Source of the DNA: Octopus sinensis
Lineage: Eukaryota
NCBI RefSeq assembly: GCF_006345805.1
Contig: NC_043004.1
Coordinates: 93,434,001-93,498,000, forward strand
DNA: 64,000 bases
Direction: 5' to 3'
In this document: piece after piece, positions 26,500-39,727 of the stretch
Layout: the number at the start of each line of letters is the position of its first letter
Position numbering within the stretch: the first letter of the stretch is position 1
The notes under the pieces: generated by a model
Told to the model about the DNA's origin: nothing
Databases searched by the model: none
What the model saw: the letters and a program-made list of their open reading frames with translations, nothing else
Program-made: the position numbers and the translations under genes

Positions 26500-26505
<6 letters not shown>

Positions 26506-27951
26506 CATCCCATAAATAATGCGTTTTTTTCAATTGCATAAACTAAAAGTTGGAGGAGGACAGGATAACCTAACTGTCAACTTACTATTAAAGCAGGTAG
26601 TAATTTTCCCTAGTACTTATTCTTAGTGCAAATTTTGATGAGTGCAGTTCGATTTTAATAGTTATTTTTTTCAAAACTATAATGGCAGTGACAAAGGAGC
26701 ATATTCAGCATATTTTGCCTTAGGACTTCAATAAAGGCAACAATGCAACAGAAAGAATGAGGAATAGTAATGCAGTATATGAGCTTTGGACAATAAGCAT
26801 AAACCAGTGTGGACAGTGGTTCCAGAAATTCGAACCAGAAACTACAGCCTCGAAGACAAGCTTCATCCTGGAAGATCCGTAGAGCTCGATGAGGACATCC
26901 TGCAGAACCTGGTGGAACAAAATCCTAACGTAACAGTTGAGGAACTAGCTGAGAAGCTTGGATTTGGTCATTCAACCATTCATAGACAGCTGCATGCCAT
27001 CAGTAAATGACCATCTTTGGTTTCAAGACAAAAGGTGTTCTTCCATCAGGATAATGCTCAGCCACATACAGCAAAGATGACATTCCAAAGGCTGGAACAG
27101 TTTGAATGGGGAAACGATGCCCCACCCACCATAATCGCCGAACATTGTCTCATCTGATTATCATTTGTTCTGCAGTCCTCAAAATCATTTGGACAGAAAA
27201 AATATGAATTCCGTACAAGAGTTCAGAACAGTACTGGAGGAGTATTTTCTGTCATGGACAAATGAATTTTGGAAGAGGGGCCTTGCAAGTCTACCGGATA
27301 GATGGAAAAGCATTGTAGAAAATGGAGAATATATTTTAGAACAGGGGTGGTGAAACCCCTATCTATGGGCACAATTGTGCCTGTGAACCCATTTTATTAT
27401 CCTTGCAGGCTGATATACTCATTTGTACAAAATATAGTAAATTTTTCAATTATAAAATTTATATAATATTCATATGCCTATTTGCGTCATAGGTCGTATT
27501 TCCACTATTACTTAAAATGGTTAGACTCGAACAGAAAATCGTCTGGTAATTACCATTTGAATGGAAATTTCGTTTTCACTATAAAACACATATTGCTAGG
27601 TTTGTACCACACCCTTGAGACCCAACAACACTCTAGCTGAAAAATATAGAAACTTCATAAGTGATATAAATGTCCTAAATTCAGTGGCAGCATCAATGAA
27701 GATGTTACACATTAATTTAATGCATTAAACCTATCTTTATTAATGTATATCGAATTATACATAGATATATCCAAGATCTACACAGATGTAAGAGTTAGAA
27801 CTTGTGATCTGCCAGTGGACCTTTTTTCCTTGTAAATTTTTGCCCACGGCACTAAAAAGTTTCCTCTCCCCTGTTTTAGATTAAAAAAGAACTCTATCTA
27901 ATTTTATAAAATAAAAGAAGTATAAAAAAAATGCATTGTTTAGGGGATGAC

Positions 27952-27955
<4 letters not shown>
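26500..27955 (+). mobile_element. Degenerate mariner transposon with both TIRs
   Basis: TIRs ttggatcatcccataaataatgcg / tgcattgtttaggggatgacccaa in TA context. Transposase remnants PGRSVELDEDIL..., HQDNA, SDYHLF, WKSIVENGEYIL. Confidence 0.88.
27342..27873. mobile_element. hAT-type MITE nested at the end of the mariner CDS
   Basis: TIRs caggggtggtgaaac / gtttcctctcccctg; 8-bp TSD ttttagaa / ttttagat. Confidence 0.8.
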
Positions 27956-28006
<51 letters not shown>

Positions 28007-28106
28007 TTTAAATTAAGGATAAAATCTTTATAAGAAATTATCAGTAGTTAGCGTGAAAAACCTTGTAAGAGAAAAAATCTGTAAATTTTTCCACTTTGAA
28101 AATATT

Positions 28107-28534
28107 TATTTATATTATAGAGGGTACTATTATTCATAGGTACCGCACGCTAGGAGGGACTTTTGCAGTCAAAACTACTAAAATAAACAATTTTACCAAT
28201 GCAAAACTTCAAAGCAAGTCATTTAAAAAAGAATTTAGTTACATATCACCTGTGATTCGCAATCAATGCAGAATATGCATTCTATGCTCTTCAGTGCAAC
28301 GAACTCAAGACATTAAGAAAAATGTCTTGAGTTCGTTGCACTGAAGAGCATAGAATGCATATTCTGCATTGATTGCGAAATCACAGGTGATATGTAACTA
28401 AATTCTGTTTTTAAATGACTTGATTTGAAGTTTTGCATTCGGTAAAATTTGTTTATTTTAGTAGTTTTGACTGCAAAAGTCCCTCCTAGTGTGCGTAACC
28501 TATGAATAATAGTACTCTCTATATAATATAAATA
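28107..28534. repeat. Long foldback: ~208-bp inverted arms with a 6-nt loop
   Basis: Arms meet at ...gacatt-aagaaa-aatgtc... (loop 28315-28320); few mismatches. Confidence 0.92.
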
Positions 28535-28727
28535 TATATATATATAAAGTTACTTAAGATAGTCCAGCTCATCCACAATGTTTTATGGTTGGACTACAAC
28601 AAACTGCAACAAACATTCTGCTTTTGAATTCCTTAGTCAAAACACCTCTTGAAATCAGGTAATCATTGGCGACACTAAAAGCATGTGGTCGTTGAAGAGC
28701 AAACTGTTTAGCCACATAGCTACACCA

Positions 28728-28774
<47 letters not shown>

Positions 28775-31034
28775 CACACACACTCATATCAATATTTGAA
28801 CTCACCACTGTTGGTTAATGAAATGGTTATCCATTATGTATTGCTGCAGCCTGACCCAACGAGAGCCTCTTCATGGTCACCACCCTACCAGAAATAGCAA
28901 CCAAGTCTCTCTCAAATCTCACTCTGTATTCCTGGATTTCTTGCACGTAGAAAAAAAAGGATTGGATGGCCATGTCTGGAATGTCTTTAATCATACGTCA
29001 GCTCAATCAAGACTAACATGAGGCTACACAACAACATTAATCAGCTGACTCACAGTTAGTTTTGCCATATTTTATGCCTTTTATTTCAGTCATTGGACTG
29101 CAGCCATGCTAGGGCACAGTCTTGAAGGCTTTAGTCAAACAAATCAGCCCTTTTTATGTCTGGTACTTATTCTTTCAGTTTCTTTTGCCAAACTACTAAA
29201 TTGCAGGGACATGAACAAACCCATGCCAATTGCCAAGTAGTAAGGTGGGGCATGCATGCATACACACATATACATTTACACACATACATGAAGGAGCACT
29301 CTGTCGGTTGTGACAACGAGGGACCCAGCTGATACGATCAACGGGACAGCTTGCTCATGAAATTAACGTGCAAGTGGCTGAGCACTCCACAAACATGTGT
29401 ACCCTTAATGTAGTTCTCGGGGAGATTCAGCGTCACAAGGCTGGCCCTTTGAAATACAGGTACTATTCATTTTTGTGAACTGAGTGGACTGGAGCAACGT
29501 GAAATAAAGTGTCTTGCTCAAGGACACAACGCGCCACCGGGAATTGAACTCATAACCTTACGATCATGAGCCGAACACCCCTAACCACTAAGCCATGTGC
29601 CTTCACACATACATAAAGTTCAATGAAGCTATAGGGTGACAGTGAAGTACTCAAAATGAGTACATCGTATCTTATATAGCAGAAACAGCTGTAAGCTAAT
29701 AAAGTTCATAACAATTGTTTATTCCTTTGTCATTCCAACTACACACACACATACAATGGGCTTCCACACAGTTTCTGTCAACAAAATTCATTCAAAAATA
29801 CTTTTCTGGCATCAATAAACTGGGCGTAGGAGTGGCTGTGTCGTAAGTAGCTTGCTTACCAATTACATGGTTCCGGGTTCAGTCCCACTGCGTGGCACCT
29901 TGGGCAAGTGTCTTCTATTATAGCCTCGGGCCGACCAAACCCGTGTGAGTGGATTTGGTAGACGGAAACTGAAAGAAGCCCATCGTATATATGCAATATA
30001 TAATATATATATTATTATATATAATATATATATTATATATATATAATATGTATATGTGTGTGTGTGTTAGTGTGTTTGTGTTTGTACCCCCAACATCGCT
30101 TGAGGCTGGTATGTTTACGTCCCCATAACTTAGCAGTTCGGCAAAAGAGACCGATAGAATAAGTACTAGGGTTACAAAGAATAAGTCCTGAGGTTGATTT
30201 GCTTTGACTAAAGGCGGTACTCCAGCATGGCCACAGTCAAATGACTGAAATAAGTAAAAGAGTAAACTAAGTACTCATCAAATGTTACAGATCAATATAC
30301 TATACTCTCCTTCCTATGTTAGAAATTACTATTGTAATAATAATGGGAATAGAGAAGTGTGACTAACAAACTGTTCTCAATTATGTCCCTTTCTGTCCAA
30401 ATTCTGCAGGTATTGACTTTCACCATTCATCATCCATTCTACTACAAACAATTCAAACTCGAAGTAGATGTGGAATCTTCTGACCCAGGGCTATAGCAAA
30501 CAAACACACGCACAGGGTACCATGCAGTGCAACTAAAATTAAAAACACACGATTTCAAGCAAGCTTCTTAAGTATACAGCCATGCCTGAGAGCTATCATC
30601 ATCATCATCATCATCGTTTAATGTCCGCTTTCCATGCTAGCATGGGTTGGACAATTTTGACTGAGGTCTGGTGAACCAGATGGCTGCACCAGGCTCCAAT
30701 CTTGATCTGGCAGAGTTTCTACAGCTGGATGCCCTTCCTAACGCTGTCTACAGCTAAATGAACTAAGGCATTCAAAGGTTAAGTATCTTCTTAGCTGTGT
30801 TGTTGAGATTAGAACTACCGACCTTCTCGTCAGGTTAGCCAGTACCTGAACCACTCTGCCATCTGCGATCTCACATTCTCAAGAACCAACATTTATGAAG
30901 AAACAAAAATAAAAAACAAATAAACTGACAAACAGCAGCCAGCTATGAAGAGTGTAAATATGATTGTTTATAGTTTAATAATAAAATAATAATAATAATA
31001 ATAATAATGATAATAGTTATTTTTATCGCATAAA

Positions 31035-31194
31035 TTACAGTATGAATTTGACAAAGAAAACAAAAAATATCATAAGAACTATGAATATTTTGATCAATAA
31101 CCATCGATTTGTGGAAATGGACCGGAAGTACTTCAGTAATTCTGTGTGTGCAGCTTCAATATTCATGTCAGCGTCACCAACATTGGAGTCAATC
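31035..31194 (-). CDS. STX5: Syntaxin-5 coding exon 10 (160 nt, end of SNARE motif, C-terminal transmembrane anchor, TAA)
   Basis: IDSNVGDADMNIEAAHTELLKYFRSISTNRWLLIKIFIVLMIFFVFFVKFIL*. Acceptor ttaaccAG; stop at 31035-31037. Confidence 0.96.
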
Positions 31195-32812
31195 CTGGTT
31201 AAAGAAGGAGAGAGAGAGAGAAAGAAGAAAAGAAAGAGACAATGAGTATTATTATAATTATTGTTGCTTGGCCAAATCATTAGAGTCGGATAAATTGCCA
31301 TTCAGCATTTGTTTCAGCACTTTACATTCTGAGATCAAATCCCTCGGAGATCAATTTTGCCTGTTTTCCTTCCCAGGTCAATAAAGTAAAGTACCAGTCA
31401 AGTACTTGGTTCAATGTAATCAACTGTCCACTTCCTTTTAATTCGAGACCTTGTGCTTAACTAACAAATTATCATCATTATTATTATTTTTTTTTTTTTT
31501 GTCAAGGTCGACTTTGCCTTAAGTGCCAGTGAAACACTTGGGTTGATTACATCAATTAATCTCTGAGACTGAGATGATTGGTATTAGGAAGGGCATCCGA
31601 CCACAGACACCAGAGCAGATATTGGAGAGTGATACAGTCCTTGGACCGACTGCACCATACTAGAATGGAACGTGGACATTAAATGATAATGATGATGCTG
31701 ATAAGGATAAGTGGTTAGCAGAAATTGTAGATGATGAAGACAACACCTTGTGGTTTATAGTCATGTCTTTTTATGTTCTGAGTTTTAAACTCAAATGAAG
31801 CCAACTTTACCTTTCATATTTTCTCATCACCAGTAAAATAAGGACCCATCAAGCACTACAGATCAATATAAATGACTATATTTTGCTTCCTATGTTAGAA
31901 ATTATTATCATTATAAGGGCATGGCTGTAAATAAAAACATTAGGAGAGTGAGTAACAAAGTGATTTTAGTTATGTCCCTTTATAATCTGAATTCATTCAA
32001 AATTCTTCAGATAGTGACTTACTTTTCTTTACCCTTCCTACTACAAATAATTCAAACTTGAAACAGAAAACAAATGTAGAACCTGCTGATAATCAAGCAA
32101 ACAGAGGTATGTACATGAACATGTGTGTTCACATGCGTGTGTATGTGTTGTGTCCCCACAACATCACTTGACAACCGATGCTGGAATGTTTATGTTCCCG
32201 TGACTTAGTGGTTTGGCAAATGAGACCAATGGAATAAGTACTAGGCTTACAAAGATTAAGTCCTGGGGTCGATTTGCTCAACAAAAGGCAGTACTTCAGC
32301 ATGGCCACAGTCAAATGACTGAAAGAATTAAAGAATATATACATACATATATATATACATATATATATGTAAAAGAATTAAAGAATCATATATATATGCC
32401 AATGACATGTAAAAAGCACCTGTGCTGGTGAGACATAAAAACCCAGTACACTTTATGGAGTGGTTGGCATTAGGAAGGACATCCAACCGTAGAAACCAAG
32501 CCAAAACAGGCTGGAGTCTGGTACAGCTCTCCAGCTTACCAGTTCCAGTTAAACTATCTAACCCATGCCAGCATGGAAAACAGACACTAAATGATGATGG
32601 TAGTGATGATATGATATAATATGATATATATATATATTATCCAAATCCATTTCACATAGGTAGTAGTATGGTCTCAATGTATGACCATGTGCTTAGAAGA
32701 CCAGCATTTTAACCTCACAGTCTTTATGTCTCCCATTACATAAGAAATATATATTTTCCTCCCAAAGGAAGTTCCAAAGAAGACCTGAAACTGTGTCTCA
32801 GTAAATACCAAC

Positions 32813-32934
32813 CTGTGTACCAGTTCTTCTTGCTCTTTGACCATTGTGGCAAGGCGTTGGAAAACTGAACCCAGTTCAACAATTGTAGTGTTGATGTTCT
32901 GCATGGACTGCTCTCGTTCCTCCAGAAATGCATC
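32813..32934 (-). CDS. STX5: Syntaxin-5 coding exon 9 (122 nt, Qa-SNARE motif first part)
   Basis: DAFLEEREQSMQNINTTIVELGSVFQRLATMVKEQEELVH matches the Stx5 SNARE motif with the zero-layer Q. Acceptor tgtttAG, donor GTTGGT. Confidence 0.96.
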
Positions 32935-33850
32935 CTAAACAAGGATTAAACAAAGAAAAATCCAAGAATGTTGATCAAGAGTGCAGCACTTGAAATCTTC
33001 TGAAAGATAAGTCTAAATTTTGCATTAAAAATTGCATTTTTGTTCATTGCATTCTATTATATTTATTCTTTCAAAAATATATAGTAAAGCCAAAAAATGT
33101 CAGTTTTCATTTATATATTTTACTGTAATATTTGTAGGTGCAGGCATAGGTGTGTTGTAAGAACCTTACTTTCCAACCACATGATTCTGAGTTCAATTCC
33201 ACATGTAGTATCTCGGGAAGGTGTCTTCTACTATAGCCTCAGGTCAAGCAAAGTCTTGTGAGTGGATTTGGTAGATGGAAACTGAAAGAAGCCTGTCGTA
33301 TATATATATGTGTGTGTGTGTGTGTGTTTGTCCTCCATCACCGACTGACAACTGGTGTTGATATGTTTGCATCCTCATAACTTAGAAGTTCAGCAAAAGT
33401 AATCAATAGAATGAGTACCAGGCATAAAAAAGGATAAGTACTGGGATCAATTCATTCAGCTAAAAATTCTTCATGGCAATGCTCCAACATGGCCACAGTC
33501 CAATGATGGAAGCAAGTAAAAGAGAAAAGAAACACATCTTCACAATAAATGCAATTGGTATTTAATAAAATTTTCATTAGTGCAACCATATCAGATTAAA
33601 TTTACTTCAATGTAACCTCAAAATATTATTAAAGGATTTCTAAACTGTTGCCTGTTCTACAAGTAAGGGAATCAAGCAATGGTAGACATACCATGCATAG
33701 AAAGGAGAAGTGATGGTAGTGGTTGGAATGCATTTGATGGCAGGTCTGCTGAATCGGGGTTAATCTGGGATTAAACAAAAACAGCAACAAACAGTTGAGC
33801 TGTTAATGTCTAAATTGATACAACTATTTGAGCTTCACATAAAAAATAGA

Positions 33851-34230
33851 TGGAATGGAATGGAAGCACTCCGTCAGTTACGACGATGAGGGTTCCGGTT
33901 GATCCGAATCAATGGAACAGCCTGCTCGTGAAATTAACGTGTAAGTGGCTGAGCACTCCACAGACACGTGCACCTTAACGTAGTTCTCGGGGATATTCAG
34001 CGTGACACAGAGTGTGACAAGGCCGGCCCCTTGAAATACAGGTACAATAGAAACAGGAAGTAAGAGTGAGAGAAAGAGTACAGCAGGGATCACCACCATC
34101 CCCTGCCGGAGCCTCGTGGAGCTTTTTAGGTGTTTTCGCTCAATAAACACTCACAACGCCCGGTCTGGGAATCGAAACCGCGATCCTATGACCGCGAGTC
34201 CGCTGCCCTAACCACTGGGCCATTGTGCCT
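33851..34230 (-). mobile_element. tRNA-derived SINE family A in the STX5 intron between coding exons 8 and 9
   Basis: Near-identical to the other copies. Flanking direct repeat cttcacataaaaaataga at 33833-33850 and 34229-34246; (TTCCA)n tail. Confidence 0.9.
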
Positions 34231-34322
34231 TCACATAAAAAATAGAACCAGTGTGATCTCAGTATGTGACTTGATGCTAAACAACAAAGATAAGATCACA
34301 AGTTGAAGAAGAATGTACTTAC

Positions 34323-34423
34323 ACGTTGTTCAACTAAATGGGTTTGGTCCTGCCTCCTCTGAACATCATTAGAGTCCATGTTAATTACTAGATCACCTTG
34401 TTGTTCTTCCATCATTAAGGAAT
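34323..34423 (-). CDS. STX5: Syntaxin-5 coding exon 8 (101 nt, SLMMEEQQGDLVINMDSNDVQRRQDQTHLVEQR)
   Basis: Acceptor tgtacAG, donor GTAAGT; phase 1 in, phase 0 out. Matches the linker DVAIDM...QLQLIDEQ. Confidence 0.88.
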
Positions 34424-35724
34424 CTGTACAAAATATCAAAGGTGGATGAAATTTTAATATAAACGAACAAGAATTTGCTTAATGTTTGTATATGTGTGTA
34501 TTAATGTATAAACATGTCTAGAATATCGGAATCGTAACGGTGTTAGACATAATGTCTAAGAGTAATTATTTCTGGCCTTGAACATTCTGAGTTCAAATCT
34601 CACTGAGGTTAGTCTTGCTTTCATCCTTTCAGTTTTGATAAGATATAATACTAGTCAAATACTGGGGGTGATTTAATCAGATAACACTGGAGTCTTCTGG
34701 AATTTTTTGAGTAATTAGAATATGGCTGAGAATCCACAACAAATCTTCTTAGTGCTACTTGTGCTTTAAGGGCATCTAACGATGATGTAAACCCTAAACA
34801 ACTACAGTACTCCTGTGAGGATGACTGAGCCCAGCTATTATTAGCTTTGAAACACCAATAGTACAATATCAAACAAATCCTATAATTCTTTCTTATTGTG
34901 ATACTCAAATGTACTTTATTTTATCAACCCCCAGAAAAATGAAAAGCACAGCTGACCTCAGCAGTATTTGAACTCAGATTGCAAAGAGCCAGAAGAAATG
35001 CTACTAATTATCTTGTCCAACACACTAACAGTTCTGTCAGCTTGTCACTTACAAATCATTACTTAACCCTTTAGCATTTCAACCGGTCATATCCAGCCAA
35101 AATATTCTGCCTGTTTTACATTTAAGCCATCAAGACCTGGCCTCTCACTCCTACTCTACAATGTCACCATCATCATCCTTTAACATCCCTTTTCCATTCT
35201 GGCATGAATAGATGGTTTGATCAGAGATGGCAAGCTGGAGAGCTGCACCAGGCTCCAGTCTGATTCGGCTTGGTTCTACAGTTAGATGCCCTTCTTAATG
35301 CCAACCACTTTGCAGCATGTGCTGGGTGCTTTTAACTTGGCACTACACTAGCACTTTTAAGCGGCACCTGCATGAGTGCTTTTGACATGGCACCAGTACA
35401 CAATTCTTGCATGCCAATCCTCTTCATCAATGGGAAGTAGCCTTAACATTTCTGCTGTGAAGGACAAGTCTTCTTGAGTACAGCAAAACACCAGGTATCA
35501 AATAAGCATTATATTTGACAGAGTTACCTGAATGCTAAATGGTTAATAATTGTGATGATGCACAATGCAAGTCAACAGAAGAGTACTCATGTATCTGTAT
35601 TGTATGTTAAGTGAGAGCCATAATGCATTGGTCCTAGGAGCACCACAGTTGTCATTGTAGTAATATATCAATGGAAAGTCAACCTGCCACACTCCTCTCA
35701 TCAAGAAATACCTATGGTAAGATT

Positions 35725-36010
35725 CGAAACACATAACCAAATGTAACTGAAACACATGGCTAATCTCAGTGAAACATGGCCATATCTTACTTAAACATAT
35801 GGCAATAACCAACTTAAACACAGCCATATCTAACTTAAAACAGATGGTCATATTTAAGTCAGACACCTGGCTAATTTAAGTGACACATAACCATAGCTAC
35901 CTCAATCACATAGTTATATCAAATACATAATCATATCTACCTTAAAACATATGGCTATCACTACCAGCAATCACATGTCCATATCTACCTTAATTGCATA
36001 GCTCTATCTA
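35725..36010. repeat. Degenerate ~23-bp minisatellite (aaacacatggctatatctaactt-like)
   Basis: About 12 diverged units near the donor of coding exon 7. Confidence 0.7.
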
Positions 36011-36038
36011 ATGTTCTACAAACAACAAAGTGACTTAC

Positions 36039-36096
36039 TGTTGGTCCTCGTTGGCGTTGCCATTGATTCAGTGTGTGATTTTTCCTGTTGTAATTT
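36039..36096 (-). CDS. STX5: Syntaxin-5 coding exon 7 (58 nt, KLQQEKSHTESMATPTRTN)
   Basis: Acceptor gcttcaAG, donor GTAAGT; phase 0 in, phase 1 out, which joins exon 8 in frame. Weak similarity to NLKQQRSRREQFS. Confidence 0.75.
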
Positions 36097-37788
36097 CTTG
36101 AAGCAAAAATAAACACAACATTTAATCAATTTTTTTTAAACACAATAAAATTAATATAATAAAAACTCAAATAACAACGAAAAGATTAAGATTAAACATC
36201 AACAATCAATTTTATTACAAAGAAATCATCATAAAGTACTAGCCAAGCATGGGGGTTGATGTAATTGACCCATCCCATCTCTTCAAAATTTCTAGCTTTG
36301 TGTCAAAAATTAAAAAGAATTACTTTTACTATTCCCACTTCACTTCTCAGAACTCTGTTTTACTTTCTCTGGTTAATTCTGTAAGAGTGGACAGCAACCT
36401 ATTGTCAAAGTTTCACAGGGTTTCTTTCCAAGATACTTAACACCCAAGTTCCAATCTGAGTATTATTATTATTATTACTATTATTATTATTTTAGGCAGT
36501 GATGTAATTAACTAGTCCCTTCCCCCTAAACTTCAGCCCTTGTGCCTATAATAGAAAGGATTATTATTATTATCATCATCATCATCATGATAATAACTGC
36601 CGCCGCCGCCACTACCACCACCTCCACAATTGGTTTAATTGACTCTAGTAAAGAACTGGGATTGCTATAATGTAAACTGTGCCCTCCTGCAAAATTTGTG
36701 GTCTTGTGCTATGTTAGAAATAAAAATTATCATTATGTGATGGAGAGGCTGAAATAGTAGGTCATGAAACTAAATTCTTTTTAAGGTAAAATCTGAAATC
36801 CAAGGTTAGCAGGAGTCTGTGTCAGCAACAATTAATCCAAAGAAACATCTCACCCACTTCATATATGTGATCGTACACCAATATTTGAAATCATTGCTAA
36901 TTATTTAATTAATTAACTAACAGACAAAATAGCTTGAAGCATTTCTTCTAGCTTTATGTTCCTAATTCAAATTCTGCCAAGGTTGACTTTGCCTTTCGTT
37001 GATAGAATAAGTACCAGTTGAGTACTGGTGTCAATACAATAGAACAAGTGTCCCTCTTCCAAAATTTTGGGGCTTGTGACTATGGTAGAAAAAAAAAAAT
37101 AATCAACCTAGTATATATTGTAGAATTTTGTTTTATTTTATCAACCACAGAAATGAAGAACCAACTTCTGAGAAGAGTTGAAATCAAAGCAGCAAAGCCA
37201 GTGAGTGTTCCTCAATACAGTAATCACTGCTATACTCCCTGAAGCATTGGCATACAAGAGCCCTGTGCTGCTTCCATGTAAAAGCACCCATGCTGGTGCC
37301 ACGTGAAAAACTCCCATGCCAGTGCCACATAAAAAACAGTCTGTCCAGTACACTCTGAAAAGTGGTTGGCAATAGGAAGGGCATCCAGCCATAGAATCCA
37401 AGCCAAATCAAACTGGAACCTGGTGCAGCTCTCCTGCTTGCCAGCTCTGGTCAAACCGTCCAACCCATGCCAGCAAGGAAAATGGATATGGATGATGATG
37501 ATAATAATTGACATAAATGTAATTTGTACATGAATAAGAAATCAGGTTAGTAGAGTAAGTTGTGCTATCTGTAGTAGGATGTGAACTCACAATGCAGACA
37601 TGAAGACACTGGTATATTACCTACTAAGCTATAGCACAGTTTGCTCAGCTCCAATAAACAATTTCTTCATTAAGTCTGCAACCCAAGAGGCATGAATTTA
37701 TGCGTGTAGGAAGAGGGAATAAATGAATAACCATGGTGTTCATACATATACAAAAATGAACAAAAATATTTAACAAACATCAACTTAC

Positions 37789-37845
37789 ACTTGTGTGGTC
37801 TTCCAAAACCTCCTTGAACGTGTTAGACATTGTTGCTAATCTTGA
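37789..37845 (-). CDS. STX5: Syntaxin-5 coding exon 6 (57 nt, SRLATMSNTFKEVLEDHTS)
   Basis: Acceptor aattgcAG, donor GTAAGT, phase 0/0. Matches SKLASMSNDFKSVLEVRTE. Confidence 0.92.
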
Positions 37846-37988
37846 CTGCAATTAGAAAGAGGAAAATACATAATTGATTGCATAAAATACTGAACCATGC
37901 AAAATTTTGCTGCTAACCAACATTGCATTAAAAGATTGTAACAGTGCTAATTTGGTTCATGGCCAATGTAAGTTTGCTAACTTGGTTT

Positions 37989-38378
37989 GGATGAAAGCAC
38001 TTCGTCGGTTATGACGATGAGGGTTCCGGTTGATCCGAATCAACGGAACAGCCTGCTCGTGAAATTAACGTGTAAGTGGCTGAGCACTCCACAGACACAT
38101 GCACCCTTAACGTAGTTCTCGGGGATATTCAGCGTGACACAGAGAGTGACAAGGCCGGCCCCTTGAAATACAGGTACAACAGAAACAGGAAGTAAGAGTG
38201 AGAGAAAGTTGTGGTGAAAGAGTACAGCAGGGATCACCACCATCCCCTGCCGGAGCCTCGTGGAGCTTTTAATTGTTTTCGCTCAATAAACAATCACAAT
38301 GCCCGGTCTGGGAATCGAAACCGCGATCCTATGACCGCGAGTCCGCTGCCCTAACCACTGGGCCATTGCGCCTCCACT
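37989..38378 (-). mobile_element. tRNA-derived SINE family A in the STX5 intron between coding exons 5 and 6
   Basis: TSD taacttggttt at 37978-37988 and 38379-38389. Confidence 0.9.
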
Positions 38379-38887
38379 TAACTTGGTTTACAGCTACAAA
38401 GACAACATAAAGTTGCTAACATGGTTTATAGTCATGGAAAATATACAAAACTGCTGACTGAGACTATATTACTGCAGGGACAGAAACCAAAGAAATTATG
38501 CATAGTTGCTAACATTGCAGTGAGATAGATTCAGTAGAAAATCTAGCCAGACCTACAACTCAAAAAGCAGTAAGTAGCAGCTAACTAAAAATACAAGTGC
38601 AATATTACTAGCAAAGAGTAAGGGGGTGAGTTAGCATAATTGTTAGCAACATTTCATTCATAATTGAATTCCACTGAGGTAGACTTTGCCTTTCATCCTT
38701 TTGGGGTTGATAAAATAAGTACAAGTTGAGCACTGGGTTCAATTTAATTGTTTTACCCACTCCCCTAAAATTTCAGACCTTGTGTCTATAGTAGAAAGGA
38801 ATATTACTAGAATAGATGTGCATGATTTCAAACAAAGCATCAGCTGTACAGAAAATGGTTTGGTAGTTTCTGGGACATAGTAAACAT

Positions 38888-39258
38888 AAACAAGAGCACT
38901 CAGAGAGCACAAACCTCTGCTAAGACAACACCAACGTCCCCTCAAGGATTAGCCAGGAATAATTTTTAAAATGAGAATATCTGAAATAAATTCGACTGCT
39001 CTCACAAATGGGGATACTGAAAATGAACCCAACCACTTTCAAAAATTAAGTAAAAAACTGGAAAAATAATCCAGAATCCTTGTCTCGTATCAGATCAATT
39101 CCAAAATCTAATCAGTTCGTGCCAGTTATGAGGCCAAACATCTCTGAAAGTTTCATCCGAATCCATCCAGCCGTTCTTGAGATATCTTGTCTACGGACAA
39201 ACAAACAAACATACACAACTGAAAACAATACCTCCACCTTGGCTAAGGCGGAGGTAAC
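38888..39258. mobile_element. Helentron-associated (HINE/pearl-like) non-autonomous element
   Basis: 5' aacaagagcactcagagagc..cctctgc, an (ACAA)n tract, and a 3' hairpin cctccaccttggctaaggcggagg. Confidence 0.55.
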
Positions 39259-39727
39259 TAAGTAACAATGTAGAGTTGCTAACATAGATTGCAACTGGAA
39301 TGCTAATGCAATGTTGCTAAACACCTTTCTATTACGCACCACTTCAATAACTCATCTACAAGAATTTGCCCATCCTTCTAAATTTAATTTAAGATGGTAG
39401 AGTGAGAGGAAGATTTAAGCTGCTATTTCTAGGAAATCAATCAACTGTATAAATGCCTCTTTGCCGGTTCAGGGACGGTGAAAGTGGTGGTGGCAGAAAC
39501 AATGAAGATGACTATATTAAATATGATGGTAGTGATGACAATGATGGTGGTGATGCAGTAATGATGGTAAAGTTGAGGGTACTGATTGTAAAGATGGTTG
39601 TAGAAATAAAAGTGAAAAATAGTGGAGATTGTTTATGGTGTCGTTGAAGATGCTGGTGACACTGATGTAAGATGGAGATGGTAGCGAGGTATGAAAGACG
39701 GTAGTAACATAAGAGAGCTGTACTCAC

